Below are positions 38,193 to 48,713 of a stretch of DNA of 48,749 bases, one piece after another. The stretch comes from Rickettsiales bacterium (GTDB lineage Bacteria > Pseudomonadota > Alphaproteobacteria > Rickettsiales > UBA1997), in assembly GCA_016778745.1 (NCBI GenBank), contig JADHOZ010000001.1, positions 1 to 48,749 of the forward strand. The letters are read 5' to 3'. The notes under the pieces were generated by a model. It was not told the DNA's origin. It searched no databases and was given only the letters and a program-made list of their open reading frames with translations. The first letter of the stretch is position 1. Each line of letters opens with the position of its first letter. The translations under genes were made by a program, and so were the position numbers.

Positions 38193-38981
38193 ATGAAACT
38201 ATCGCTGCAACATTTACAAAGCTTGAAAAATAAACAAAAACTCACTTGCCTTACCGCTTATTCATTTCCGGTTGCTAAAATATTAGATGAAATTTGCGAT
38301 ATTATTTTAGTGGGTGATTCCTTGGGAATGGTAATTTATGGCCATAAAGATACTCTAGACGTCACTCTTGATATGATGATCAATCACGGCCGGGCCGTCA
38401 CAAGGGCAACAAATAAGGCATTTATAGTAGTGGATTTGCCATCAAATACTTATGAAAATAGTAAAGAACAAGCCTTAGAAGCAGCCAGAAAAGTGGTCCA
38501 AGAAACTAATTGCGATGCTATAAAAATAGAAACCACACCAGCATTAGTTGAGACGGCCAAATTTCTCGTTGAAAATGGAATCAATGTGATGGGTCATATT
38601 GGTTTGCTGCCCCAGCATGTCAGAGAATTAGGTGGCTATAAATATCAAGGTAAGGATGAAAAATCAGCACAAGAAATTATCAATACAGCCAAAAAATTAG
38701 AAAAAGTAGGAGTATTTTCGCTAGTAATAGAAGCGGTGCCAGCAAAACTAGCCGACGAAATAACGAAACAAGTCTCAATACCGACAATTGGTATAGGTGC
38801 TTCAAAAAATTGTGACGGTCAAATATTGGTAGTTGATGATATGTTGGGTCTAAACCAAGAATTTACTCCAAAATTTGTTAAAAAATTCGCTAATCTAGCT
38901 GACCAAATTCATAACGCCGCCAAAGCGTACAAGCAAGAAGTCAAATCGCAACAATTTCCATCTTCTAATCATGAAGTTTGA
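38193..38981 (+). CDS. panB: 3-methyl-2-oxobutanoate hydroxymethyltransferase
   Basis: 262 aa. Contains LTAYS...ILVGDSLGMV...TLDMMINHGRAV and other typical PanB blocks. Confidence 0.9.
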   Translation: MKLSLQHLQSLKNKQKLTCLTAYSFPVAKILDEICDIILVGDSLGMVIYGHKDTLDVTLDMMINHGRAVTRATNKAFIVVDLPSNTYENSKEQALEAARKVVQETNCDAIKIETTPALVETAKFLVENGINVMGHIGLLPQHVRELGGYKYQGKDEKSAQEIINTAKKLEKVGVFSLVIEAVPAKLADEITKQVSIPTIGIGASKNCDGQILVVDDMLGLNQEFTPKFVKKFANLADQIHNAAKAYKQEVKSQQFPSSNHEV

Positions 38982-39079
38982 GAGCCTTAAAGATCTGAAC
39001 CTATCTGACTTAAACCTTGACTCTTAACTTGATACAATCTAGCTTGCGCCCTTCATTTTCAATTACTTCCAACAAATAA

Positions 39080-40918
39080 ATGACTGATTTTAGAAATATT
39101 GCAATTATTGCACACGTTGATCACGGTAAAACTACATTGATTGATGCGATGCTTCACCAAAGCGGAACCTTTCGTGACAACCAGCAAGTTGATACTAGAG
39201 TGATGGACTCTAACGATCTAGAAAAAGAGCGTGGCATCACTATTTTGGCTAAATGTACTTCCCTAATGTGGAAGGATCAAAAAATTAATGTTATCGATAC
39301 CCCAGGACATGCCGATTTTGGTGGTGAAGTAGAAAGGGTTTTGTGTATGGCTGATAGCGCCCTACTTCTTGTTGACTCGGCTGAGGGCGTGATGCCGCAA
39401 ACTAAATTCGTATTAGCAAAAGCCTTGGCTCTTGGTTTAAAACCAATTGTTATCATCAATAAAATCGATAGAAATGACGCTAGACCTGATGAAGTTTTAG
39501 ATGAAATTTTTGATTTATTCGTAGCACTAGATGCAACGGAAGAGCAATGCGATTTTCCAGCGCTTTATGCCGTTGGTAGAGATGGTTGGTGTGTTGAAGA
39601 TTTAGACAAGGATGAGAAAAAAGATTTGTCACCTTTATTCGATTTAATCTTAAAACATGTTGAGCCGCCAAAATTTGATAAAAATGGCCCCCTAAAAGTT
39701 CTAGCGACATTGCTAGATAAAAGTCCATATTTTGGTAGAATGTTGACGGGAAGAATTTATTCTGGAACGGCAAAAAATTTAATGAGTTTCAAGGCGCTAA
39801 ATTTGCAAGGCGAAGTAGTGGAGCAGGGTAGGTTAACAAAACTTCATGTTTTTAGAGGGGTTGATAAAGTTCCTGTTGATGAAGCGCAAGCCGGAGATAT
39901 TGTCTCAATTGCTGGTTTAGAAAAGGCTTCTGTATCCGACACTCTGTGTGACTTATCGGTTGCAGAGCCAATCGCATCCACTCCAATTGACCCACCTACA
40001 ATGGCGATAACGGTTGGAGTAAATGACTCTCCATTAGCTGGAACCGAAGGTAGTAAAGTCACTTCTAGAATGATTCGTGACCGTCTTTTTGCTGAATCAG
40101 AAACAAATGTCGCAATTAATGTTAAAGAATCAGAAGGTAAAGACGCTTTTGAAGTCGGTGGTAGGGGTGAATTACAATTAGGTGTATTGATTGAAAATAT
40201 GCGCCGTGAAGGATTCGAGCTTTCTGTATCTAGGCCAAGAGTGCTATTTAAAAAAGACGAAGCTGGCAATATATTAGAGCCATATGAAGAAGTGGTAGTT
40301 GATGTTGACGATGAGCATAGTGGATCGGTAGTAGAAAAACTTTCCAAAAGAAAAGGTGAAATGATCGAAATGAAGCCATCATCGGGTGGTAAAACAAGGG
40401 TTATCTTCCACGTTCCATCTCGTGGCCTAATTGGTTATCAAAGTGAATTCTTAACTGATACTAAAGGTTCGGGTGTGTTAAACAGAATATTTCACGAATA
40501 TGGTCCTTACAAAGGTGAAATGGCGGCTTCAAAACCAGGTGCATTAATTGCAACCGATCCAGGCGAGGCAGTGGGATATGCGCTTTATAATCTTCAAGAT
40601 CGCGGAACATTATTTGTTAAACCTCAAGACAAGGTTTATGCGGGTATGATTGTTGGTGAAAATTCCAAGCAAGGTGATCTAGAAGTAAATGTGCTAAAAG
40701 GAAAGCAGCTTACAAACATCAGAGCTTCCGGAACTGATGAGGCAATTAGACTGAGTCCACCAAAAAAGTTAACCCTAGAAGAAATGATTACATATATTGG
40801 TGATGATGAGTTAGTAGAGGTGACTCCAAAATCGATTAGACTAAGAAAAAAACTTCTAGATCCAAATGCTAGAAAAAGGGCATCAAGAAGTGGTGAAGCT
40901 AAGTTTGATTTTATTTAG
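39080..40918 (+). CDS. typA: Translational GTPase TypA/BipA
   Basis: 612 aa with G domain AHVDHGKTT, DTPGHADF, NKID and BipA-type C-terminal domains. Confidence 0.95.
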   Translation: MTDFRNIAIIAHVDHGKTTLIDAMLHQSGTFRDNQQVDTRVMDSNDLEKERGITILAKCTSLMWKDQKINVIDTPGHADFGGEVERVLCMADSALLLVDSAEGVMPQTKFVLAKALALGLKPIVIINKIDRNDARPDEVLDEIFDLFVALDATEEQCDFPALYAVGRDGWCVEDLDKDEKKDLSPLFDLILKHVEPPKFDKNGPLKVLATLLDKSPYFGRMLTGRIYSGTAKNLMSFKALNLQGEVVEQGRLTKLHVFRGVDKVPVDEAQAGDIVSIAGLEKASVSDTLCDLSVAEPIASTPIDPPTMAITVGVNDSPLAGTEGSKVTSRMIRDRLFAESETNVAINVKESEGKDAFEVGGRGELQLGVLIENMRREGFELSVSRPRVLFKKDEAGNILEPYEEVVVDVDDEHSGSVVEKLSKRKGEMIEMKPSSGGKTRVIFHVPSRGLIGYQSEFLTDTKGSGVLNRIFHEYGPYKGEMAASKPGALIATDPGEAVGYALYNLQDRGTLFVKPQDKVYAGMIVGENSKQGDLEVNVLKGKQLTNIRASGTDEAIRLSPPKKLTLEEMITYIGDDELVEVTPKSIRLRKKLLDPNARKRASRSGEAKFDFI

Positions 40919-41119
40919 ATAGATAATACCAAATAAAGAGGAGAATTGGTATAGCGAAAAGAAATGAGTGTTAGAGTTGGGTCTTATGAAAAGCCTCAAC
41001 TCGCCAGACGCGCATAACTGCTTCTATATTACTGACATTACACTAAGTGCTGGTTGCAGTTTGTAACTGCGATTACAGATTCATGCCTTTGCAATATCAA
41101 ATAACAAAACAATATTTCA

Positions 41120-41830
41120 ATGAGACCTTCTAAACGAAAACTAGACCAAATCAGAAACGTAGAAATCATTCCTCATATTAACATTCACGCAGAAGGATCG
41201 TGCCTAATAAAGTTTGGGAACACTCATGTAATTTGCACTGCCTCAGTAGAAGAAAAAGTACCTTCATTTTTAAGAAATAAAGGTACGGGTTGGGTAACAG
41301 CAGAATATAATATGTTAGCCAGATCTACTCATAGCCGTATGCGCCAAGACCCTTCAAAGCCAAATGGTCGCGCCATGGAGATCAAAAGACTAATAGGCAG
41401 GTCGCTACGTTCTTGTGTTAATGAAAAATTATTAGGAGAGCGTCAAATTATTATTGATTGCGATGTAATCCAAGCAGATGGTGGCACGAGATGTGCGTCA
41501 ATAACGGGTGGTTACGTAGCGTTAGCGTTGGCGGTACAAAGGCTCCTAAAAGAAAGAGTTATCCCACAAGATCCAATCATCTCACAAATTTGCGCTTTGT
41601 CATGCGGAATATACAAAGATAAAATAGTAGCAGATTTGGATTATATTGAAGATAGTGGCTGTTCAGTAGATACAAACTTTGTCATCAACGATAATTTTGA
41701 CTTGATTGAAGTTCAGGGAACTGCTGAAGATAAATCAATGAGTTTTGAGCAATTAACAAAAATGTATGACTTAGCTAAAAAAGCTGCTAAAGATATTTTT
41801 GCTATTCAAAATAAGGTAATTTCTAGTTAA
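41120..41830 (+). CDS. rph: Ribonuclease PH
   Basis: 236 aa with full-length RNase PH similarity (AEGSCLIKFGNTHVICTAS, DCDVIQADGGTR). Confidence 0.92.
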   Translation: MRPSKRKLDQIRNVEIIPHINIHAEGSCLIKFGNTHVICTASVEEKVPSFLRNKGTGWVTAEYNMLARSTHSRMRQDPSKPNGRAMEIKRLIGRSLRSCVNEKLLGERQIIIDCDVIQADGGTRCASITGGYVALALAVQRLLKERVIPQDPIISQICALSCGIYKDKIVADLDYIEDSGCSVDTNFVINDNFDLIEVQGTAEDKSMSFEQLTKMYDLAKKAAKDIFAIQNKVISS

Positions 41831-41845
41831 TTTTTTACTAGTTTG

Positions 41846-42901
41846 ATGATAAATATCCTCCACCTAACAAAATCAGAGTTAATATTAAAGTTAGAATCTT
41901 TAGGTGAAAAGAAATTTCGCGCCAAACAAATTTGGCAATGGCTTTACCAAAAAGACGTGAGTGACTTTGCGCAAATGACTAATCTGTCTAAAGAAATTCG
42001 TCAAAAATTACAGCAACATTTTTCAATTACATTACCGACGGTTTCAACAGATTTGTTATCAAAAGACAAAACCAGAAAATGGTTGCTTAAATTTGATGAC
42101 TGCAGAGAAATTGAAACAGTTTTTATCCCTGAAGAAAAAAGAGGAACTCTATGTATCTCTTCACAGGTTGGCTGTACGCTGGCGTGTAAATTTTGTCACA
42201 CCGGAACTCAAACTTGGGTTCGAAATTTAGAATTTCATGAGATAGTGGCGCAAGTGATGATGGCACGTAAATTACTGGATCAAAAAGTAACAAATATTGT
42301 TTACATGGGAATGGGTGAGCCATTTTTTAATTATGACAATGTCAAAAAGTCTGTAGAGATTTTGACTGATGAAGATGGTTTGGCTTTTTCAAATAAAAAA
42401 ATTACGATCTCAACTTCTGGTTTAGTGCCAGAAATTTTAAAATGTTCAAAGGAACTAAAAACCGGATTGGCAATTTCATTACATGGCGCTAATGATGATC
42501 TCAGAACTGACATTATGGCAATTAATAAAAAATATCCTTTAGATGCGTTATTGCAATCTTGCAAAATATATAATCAAGAAAATCCCGGACAAAAAATTAC
42601 GTTTGAATATGTAATGCTAGAAGGAGTTAATGACTCAAAAACGCATGCTAATGAATTGGTAAAGCTCATTAAAAAACATAATGTCAATGCCAAAATAAAC
42701 TTGATTCCTTTTAATGGCTGGGAGGGGTGTGAATATTCTAATACCCAGCATAATCAAATATTAAACTTTCAAAAAATCCTTAAAAATTCTGGCCTAATTG
42801 CCCCAATTAGAAAGACCAGAGGTGAGGACGCTATGGCAGCTTGTGGGCAGCTAAAGTCTCTATCTAAGCGCGTAGGGGGGTGGAAGAAAAAAATAATTTA
42901 A
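41846..42901 (+). CDS. rlmN: 23S rRNA/tRNA adenine-C2 methyltransferase RlmN (radical SAM)
   Basis: The ORF track starts at TTG 41843; the ATG is at 41846. Contains KFRAKQIWQWLY, the radical SAM CxxxCxxC motif (CTLACKFC) and the C-terminal AACGQL. Confidence 0.9.
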   Translation: MINILHLTKSELILKLESLGEKKFRAKQIWQWLYQKDVSDFAQMTNLSKEIRQKLQQHFSITLPTVSTDLLSKDKTRKWLLKFDDCREIETVFIPEEKRGTLCISSQVGCTLACKFCHTGTQTWVRNLEFHEIVAQVMMARKLLDQKVTNIVYMGMGEPFFNYDNVKKSVEILTDEDGLAFSNKKITISTSGLVPEILKCSKELKTGLAISLHGANDDLRTDIMAINKKYPLDALLQSCKIYNQENPGQKITFEYVMLEGVNDSKTHANELVKLIKKHNVNAKINLIPFNGWEGCEYSNTQHNQILNFQKILKNSGLIAPIRKTRGEDAMAACGQLKSLSKRVGGWKKKII

Positions 42902-43044
42902 TAAAAAATCCTCCGCAATCTTCTTGGAAGATCTCTCTAATTTTCTTAGTGAAGTGAATCAATTAAATCTTGATATTGATAGCAGATTTTTTAAGTTATG
43001 AAAATTTTTTTAAAATAAAAAATTAATTATACCAAATAAACTAT

Positions 43045-43500
43045 CTATCGATAGCATAAAACCTTCTCCAAACATTCATTAAAATCCTCAAATATATCCC
43101 TGATTTTCTTTACAGAATTTTTTACATGTCCCCATTTTTGCTCAATTGGATTGAAGTCGGGAGAATATGGGGGAAGATACGGCAATGTTACAATTTGCTG
43201 ATTTTATAAGCTCTATTGTTCTTTGCGATTTATGGAAAGTGGCATTATCCATTATGATGGTTTGATTGGGTTTTAGCTCTGGAATTAAGAATTCCTAAAA
43301 ATTTCTGTGTCGGTATTTCCTTCAAAATGGAGCGATTAGTTGCTTTGTTTTATTTGAATAAGCCGAAATAACCGTGATTCTTTTGTTTTTTCTGTTACCA
43401 CTTTTATTGTCGTAAAGCCTTTTTCCTCTTATCTCCCAACCATATTCTTTTTTCATATTTAGATCGAATCCACTCTCGTCAAGATAAATGAGATTTTCTT
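43045..43500 (-). mobile_element. IS630/Tc1-mariner-family transposase relic (DDE domain only, inactivated)
   Basis: The reverse strand reads ENLIYLDESGF...YGWEIRGKR...APF*RKYRHRNF*EFLIPELKPNQTIIMDNATFHKSQ...CNIA. After a frameshift it continues YLPPYSPDFNPIEQKWGHVK...*. There are two in-frame stops and one frameshift. The N-terminal HTH half is missing and the relic starts 8 nt from the dnaJ stop. Confidence 0.75.
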
Positions 43501-43507
43501 TGGGAAG

Positions 43508-44644
43508 TTATTTAAAAAAATCCGCAATTTTCTTAAAAAACTTACTAGAAAGGGGATTATTTTTCTTATCTTCCATTAATTTATCGAGTTTTTCCAACAA
43601 ATCTCGTTCTTCTTTACTGAGTTTTACGGGGGTTTCAATATTGATTTTTACGTACATATTGCCCCTTCTTCCGCCAGAATTCATCACTGACATTCCTTTT
43701 GATTTTAACCTAAACGTATCAAGGTTTTGTGAACCTTCAGGAATTTGTAATTTGGCTTTTGTACCGTCAATTGTTGGAATTTCAACTGAACCACCAAGAG
43801 CTGCAGTTGTGAATTTAATAGGAACTTCAATAGTAATGTCATCACCTTGTCGAATGAATAATTCGTGACTTCTAATTGTTACATAAACGTACAGGTCGCC
43901 ATTTGGTCCACCTCTTTGCCCCGCTTCTCCTTCTCCTGATAATCTGATTCTGTTACCATCTTCTACGCCAGCTGGAATTTTGACAGATAAGGTGCGCTTT
44001 TTATTAACCCGGCCTTCGCCGTGACAAACATCGCATGGATCGCTAATAACTTGCCCAGCACCAGCGCAAGTTGTACAAGTTCTTTCGACAATAAAAAAAC
44101 CTTGTTGCGCCCTAACTTTTCCTCGCCCTTTGCAAGTTGAACATTCAACCGGTTTAGCACCATTTTTTCCTCCGGTTCCATCGCAGCTTTCACATTTTGA
44201 CGCAATGGTAAAAGAAATTTTTTCCGTTAGTCCTTCGAAAGCTTCTTTAAGTGAAATTTCTAAATTATACCTAATATCAGCCCCCCTAATAGCAGAAGAT
44301 CGTTTATTTTGACCTCTACTACCACCGCCAAAGTCACCAAAAATATCAGAAAAATTGCCAAAAATATCATTAAAATCAAATCCGCCGCCACCGCTAAAGC
44401 CGCCACCCATGCCACCTTGTTCAAAGGCACCATGACCATATTGATCGTACGCCGCTTTTTTTTGGTCATCTTTTAGAACTTCGTAGGCTTCTGTTGCTTC
44501 TTTAAATTTTGCTTCAGCTTCTTTATCTCCGGGATTTCTATCGGGGTGGTATTTCATTGCTAATTTACGATAGGCTTTTTTTATTTCATCTCCCGAAGAA
44601 CTTTTACTAACTCCTAATATTTCGTAATAATCTCTTTTGCTCAT
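43508..44644 (-). CDS. dnaJ: Molecular chaperone DnaJ
   Basis: 378 aa with a J domain (HPD), a G/F-rich region and four CxxCxGxG zinc-finger repeats. dnaK is not adjacent. Confidence 0.95.
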   Translation of the reverse strand: MSKRDYYEILGVSKSSSGDEIKKAYRKLAMKYHPDRNPGDKEAEAKFKEATEAYEVLKDDQKKAAYDQYGHGAFEQGGMGGGFSGGGGFDFNDIFGNFSDIFGDFGGGSRGQNKRSSAIRGADIRYNLEISLKEAFEGLTEKISFTIASKCESCDGTGGKNGAKPVECSTCKGRGKVRAQQGFFIVERTCTTCAGAGQVISDPCDVCHGEGRVNKKRTLSVKIPAGVEDGNRIRLSGEGEAGQRGGPNGDLYVYVTIRSHELFIRQGDDITIEVPIKFTTAALGGSVEIPTIDGTKAKLQIPEGSQNLDTFRLKSKGMSVMNSGGRRGNMYVKINIETPVKLSKEERDLLEKLDKLMEDKKNNPLSSKFFKKIADFFK

Positions 44645-44666
44645 TTTTTCTATTTTTTAAAACTTT

Positions 44667-44682
44667 TTGCAGGTACCTGCAA
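44667..44682. promoter_or_regulatory. Perfect 16-nt palindrome TTGCAGGTACCTGCAA upstream of dnaJ
   Basis: Seen directly, 23-38 nt upstream of the dnaJ ATG on the reverse strand. Does not match CIRCE. Function unknown. Confidence 0.25.
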
Positions 44683-44800
44683 GAAATTAAACCCTGATAA
44701 TAAAGGCTAGAAGCAGGGTGCGTTTAAACGTAAAATAATTTTATCTTGGTTCTGAAATTCATGCTTTGTACTTAATCTTTAATGATAAAATTACAAGTGC

Positions 44801-45421
44801 CTAGCCTTGAAAATAATTAACTAGTTTTACAAAGGCATCACCACGATGGGAGATTTTATCTTTTTCAAAACGGTCAATTTCTCCAAAAGTTTTTTCCATC
44901 CCATCTTTAATGAATATTGGGTCATAACCAAAACCCATCTCGCCTCTTGGTGGATAAATTAAATATCCATCGACGCGTCCTTCAAAATTAATGTGGAAGT
45001 CATTTTTAGGGTCAAAAATTGTTAAATTACAAATAAAATGCGCTTTAGGACGTGATATTAAATCAACGTTCCTTGCCTTCAAATTATTAAAAATTTTGCG
45101 AAAAGCGTAATCAAAATCAGTTTTATTGGTATTAACATCAACAGCAAATCGCGCCGAATGAATGCCGGGCTGACCATTCAAATCATCAATACAAATTCCA
45201 GAATCATCAGCTAAAGCAACCAGGCCAGTTTTTGTGGCATAATATTTGGCCTTAATTAAAGAATTTTTTGCAAAACTATCACCATTTTCATCAGGTTCTT
45301 CCAAGTTATCAAACTCCCATATTCCAACCGATTTAATACCAATGTTCTTTAATAGAGCCTCAATTTCTACAAACTTTCCTTTATTGCCGGTAGCAATTAA
45401 TACTTTATCAAACGATTTCAT
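44801..45421 (-). CDS. rdgB: Non-canonical purine NTP pyrophosphatase (dITP/XTP)
   Basis: 206 aa with ATGNKGKFVE, FGYDPIF and the HRG motif. Confidence 0.88.
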   Translation of the reverse strand: MKSFDKVLIATGNKGKFVEIEALLKNIGIKSVGIWEFDNLEEPDENGDSFAKNSLIKAKYYATKTGLVALADDSGICIDDLNGQPGIHSARFAVDVNTNKTDFDYAFRKIFNNLKARNVDLISRPKAHFICNLTIFDPKNDFHINFEGRVDGYLIYPPRGEMGFGYDPIFIKDGMEKTFGEIDRFEKDKISHRGDAFVKLVNYFQG

Positions 45422-45492
45422 CGCGTTACCTATTTGAAATTAATAATTGCTCAACTTTTAGCTAAACGCTTTTCCAAAATCTACCAAATTTG

Positions 45493-45534
45493 TAAAAAAA
45501 AATGCTTGCTACCTATTGGTCACAAGCATTTTTG
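45493..45534 (-). terminator. Rho-independent terminator after rpsP
   Basis: AATGCTTG (45501-45508), 14-nt loop, CAAGCATT (45523-45530). On the reverse strand it is followed by a T9 run (A-run on the forward strand at about 45494-45502). Confidence 0.7.
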
Positions 45535-45556
45535 AAATTTTTTTGTAACAAGAAAT

Positions 45557-46069
45557 TTATTCCGCTTTTGCGTCTTCTTTTTCAGGAGTAGATTCTTCCT
45601 TAATTGGTTCTTTGGAAACTGACTCAGCCGGAGTTTCCTCAGCAGCCTTAGCGGCCTCTACAGCGGCAGCTTCTTCAGCTTTTTTAGCCTCTGCTTCAGC
45701 GGCAGCTTCAGCAGCTGCAGCTTCAGCAGCTTCTTTTTCTTTTGCAATCTTTTCTAACGCTTTCTTTTTAAGACCTTCACCTTTTTGCTTAGGCTTATAG
45801 TTAGGAGCGTGTTTTTCAGCGCCCTTGACCCCAAGCGCAATAAGAAATTTAGCAACTTTTTCAGTTGGTATCGCACCAACACCAAGCCAGTATTCAATTC
45901 TGTCTTTTTGAATAGTAACTCTGTTTTCATTATCTTTAGCCAAAAGCGGGTTATAAGTTCCAACTTTTTCTAAAAATTTAGAATCTCTTGGCGAAGTAAC
46001 ATTTGTCACCAAAATACGATAAAAAGGTAGCTTTTTTCTACCACCACGTGATAAACGAATTTTTAACAT
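45557..46069 (-). CDS. rpsP: 30S ribosomal protein S16 with a long Ala/Glu/Lys-rich C-terminal extension
   Basis: 170 aa. The N-terminal 80 aa are S16 ([21 protein letters not shown]). The C-terminal half is low complexity ([23 protein letters not shown]). Confidence 0.9.
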   Translation of the reverse strand: MLKIRLSRGGRKKLPFYRILVTNVTSPRDSKFLEKVGTYNPLLAKDNENRVTIQKDRIEYWLGVGAIPTEKVAKFLIALGVKGAEKHAPNYKPKQKGEGLKKKALEKIAKEKEAAEAAAAEAAAEAEAKKAEEAAAVEAAKAAEETPAESVSKEPIKEESTPEKEDAKAE

Positions 46070-46163
46070 TTAAAAAATAATATTTAATTATTTGACGATA
46101 CAGCCGTATTCAAATAGAGGAGGGCGCGCAATCTAGCGTAACAAAACTTTAATTGCAAGAAGT

Positions 46164-48167
46164 TTAACTAAACTCACCGCTACATTTATTCAAAGTCTTA
46201 GAAGCCCTAGTAATTTGGTTTGTTAAATAAAAGTCATAATCCTTTATTTGTATTTTTTGGTCTTTACTAACATTCCCACTTCCATTTTTTACGTCATTCC
46301 ACTTGGGAGATGGGGTGGTAGATAATTCTTTTTGTAGATCAGCTCTATTATTAGATCCAAGGTCATATCCTAGCTTATTAGCTAAATCAACAATAATGTC
46401 TACATCATCTTTGGCTTCACCGGGAGCGGCTACTGCTTTTTTAGTTTTTTGTGCTCTTCCTTCTAAATTAACGTAGATGGCATCTTTTTCACTGTAAGCT
46501 GGAGCCGGAATGATTATGTCGGCTGCGTGTGCGCCTTTGTCACCATGAGATCCAATGTAAATAACAAAAGAATTTTCTAATTTTGCAAAGTCAATTTCGT
46601 CATCAACATTATGTAAAATTACAACTTTTATTTCATTTTTTTCGCATTTATCAAGTAAAGAATCAATACCAAGCTCACTAGTAAAACCAGCCTCAAGACC
46701 GTTAATAAGACCAGTTGATTTTGCTAAAAAATTAAAGCCATTAAAATTGTCTTGGATCAAATTATATTTTTGAGCAATTTCTTTTAATAAGTTAAGAATT
46801 GCTAATCCATTGTCTTCTTTAACTACATCTTCACCAAAAATAATTGCTGGTTTTTTAGCTAATTTAAACTTCTGCGCTAAATCTAATTTGCCATCAAGAA
46901 GGTCAATTAACAAAGAAACGTCATCGCCTAAATGATTGTAATCATAAGTAAGATCGGCATCTACACCAATAGCAGAAATTTCAAGCTCTTTAGTTAGAAA
47001 TCTTTTTCTAATTCTAGCATTTAAAATAGGTGCATCTTTTCTTGGATTAATGCCAACTAAAAGTAGTTGGTCAATTTCATCAATTCCAGCAATAGAGCTA
47101 TTAAATAAGTATGAGCATTTGTCGCCAGAATCAATTTTTTGTCCACCAATTCTGCATTCAACATTGTTCACTTCTAGCGTCTCTAATAATTTTTTCAAAG
47201 CAACAACATCATCAAAACTAGATAAGCTACCACTTAACGCTGCAATTTGATTTTTATCAGTGTTTTTTAGTTTATCGGCAACCGCATCGTAAGCTTCATT
47301 AAAACTAGCGGCACGCAATTTGCCATCTTTTTTAACATAAGCTTTATCGAGTCTTTGATATTTCAGACCCTCATAACAAAATCTAGTTTTGTCAGAAATC
47401 CATTCTTCGTTAATTTCTTCATTTAATCTTGGTAAAATTCTCAGAACCTCAATACCTTTTGAATCAATTCTAATATTTGATCCAACGGCATCCATAACAT
47501 CAATAGACTCAGTTTTTCTAAGTTCCCAACTTCTTGCTTTAAAAGCATAAGGTTTAGAAGTTAAAGCGCCAACCGGACAAAGATCGATAACATTACCAGA
47601 AAGTTCAGACGAAATTGATTTTTCAAGATAAGGAGTAATTTCCATCGCTTCCCCGCGATTAACAGCACCCAACTCGCAAGTGCCGGCCACATCTTCAATA
47701 AATCTAATGCATCTAGTACAATGGATACATCGAGTCATATGCGTCTTAATTAAAGGGCCCATATTTTTATCTTTGACAGCCCTTTTATGTTCGTGATAGT
47801 CACTTTTGCCAACTCCATATTGATAGGCTTGATCTTGTAAATCACACTCACCACCTTGATCGCAAATGGGGCAATCCAAGGGATGGTTTGCCAATAAAAA
47901 CTCCATTACACCTTCTCTGGCTTTCTTAACCATTGGCGTATCAGTATGAATTTTCATTCCATCATTTGCCGGCATAGCACAAGAGGCAACTGGCTTTGGC
48001 GGGCCGCCTTCAACTTCAACTAAGCACATACGACAATTTCCCGCAATGGCTAATCTTTCGTGGTAGCAAAATCTTGGAATTTCTACATCAGCTATTTCAC
48101 AAGCTTGAATAATAGTTGAACCTTGCGGGACTTCTACTTCTTTATTATTTATCGTAACTACAGGCAT
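46164..48167 (-). CDS. nuoG: NADH-quinone oxidoreductase subunit G
   Basis: The ORF track extends to 48224, but MPVVTINNKEVEVPQG (ATG at 48167) is the typical NuoG start. Contains 2Fe-2S and 4Fe-4S cysteine clusters (CYHERLAIAGNCRMC, CPICDQGGEC, CIHCTRC). No other nuo gene is adjacent. Confidence 0.92.
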   Translation of the reverse strand: MPVVTINNKEVEVPQGSTIIQACEIADVEIPRFCYHERLAIAGNCRMCLVEVEGGPPKPVASCAMPANDGMKIHTDTPMVKKAREGVMEFLLANHPLDCPICDQGGECDLQDQAYQYGVGKSDYHEHKRAVKDKNMGPLIKTHMTRCIHCTRCIRFIEDVAGTCELGAVNRGEAMEITPYLEKSISSELSGNVIDLCPVGALTSKPYAFKARSWELRKTESIDVMDAVGSNIRIDSKGIEVLRILPRLNEEINEEWISDKTRFCYEGLKYQRLDKAYVKKDGKLRAASFNEAYDAVADKLKNTDKNQIAALSGSLSSFDDVVALKKLLETLEVNNVECRIGGQKIDSGDKCSYLFNSSIAGIDEIDQLLLVGINPRKDAPILNARIRKRFLTKELEISAIGVDADLTYDYNHLGDDVSLLIDLLDGKLDLAQKFKLAKKPAIIFGEDVVKEDNGLAILNLLKEIAQKYNLIQDNFNGFNFLAKSTGLINGLEAGFTSELGIDSLLDKCEKNEIKVVILHNVDDEIDFAKLENSFVIYIGSHGDKGAHAADIIIPAPAYSEKDAIYVNLEGRAQKTKKAVAAPGEAKDDVDIIVDLANKLGYDLGSNNRADLQKELSTTPSPKWNDVKNGSGNVSKDQKIQIKDYDFYLTNQITRASKTLNKCSGEFS

Positions 48168-48269
48168 TAAGAGTAAAATTAATTCTTTGCAAAAAAAATC
48201 AGCGTGAAAGTTCATTATTCTCACGCTGACTAAATATAAATCAATTTTTTTTCAAATCAAAAATATTTT

Positions 48270-48713
48270 TTAAAATGGTATTTCATCATCAGAGTCTTCA
48301 ACAGAGATATCGTTATCACTACTATTTGGTTTTTCTGAATATGAATCTTGATTTGATCCATTGCGGTCCCTAGAATCAAGGATTTGCATAGTAGAATTAT
48401 AATTTTGTAAAGCAATTTCGGTCGTATATTTTTCAACACCTTGATTGTCAGTCCATTTTCTAGTTTGAAGAGAGCCCTCAATATATAATTTGGAACCTTT
48501 CTTAACATAATTTTTGATAACACCAACAAGACCTTGTGAAAAAACCACTACACGATGCCACTCGGTTTTTTCCTTTTTTTCTCCGCTTGATTTGTCTTTC
48601 CAACTTTCTGAAGTTGCTAAAGAAAAATTAGCAATTTCTCTACCATCTTGAGTAGTTCGAATCTCAGGATCTTGCCCAACATTGCCAACTAAAATAACTT
48701 TATTTATAGACAT
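48270..48713 (-). CDS. ssb: Single-stranded DNA-binding protein
   Basis: 147 aa with an OB fold (MSINKVILVGNVGQDPE) and an acidic C-terminal tip DDEIPF. Confidence 0.93.
   Translation of the reverse strand: MSINKVILVGNVGQDPEIRTTQDGREIANFSLATSESWKDKSSGEKKEKTEWHRVVVFSQGLVGVIKNYVKKGSKLYIEGSLQTRKWTDNQGVEKYTTEIALQNYNSTMQILDSRDRNGSNQDSYSEKPNSSDNDISVEDSDDEIPF

Noticed and set aside
40964-41017. 17-codon ORF (MSVRVGSYEKPQLARRA) and small inverted repeats in the 200-nt typA-rph spacer, as a possible small protein or sRNA.
   Set aside because: There is no RBS, no recognisable motif and no second copy for comparison. The spacer is long for this genome, but nothing specific can be supported.
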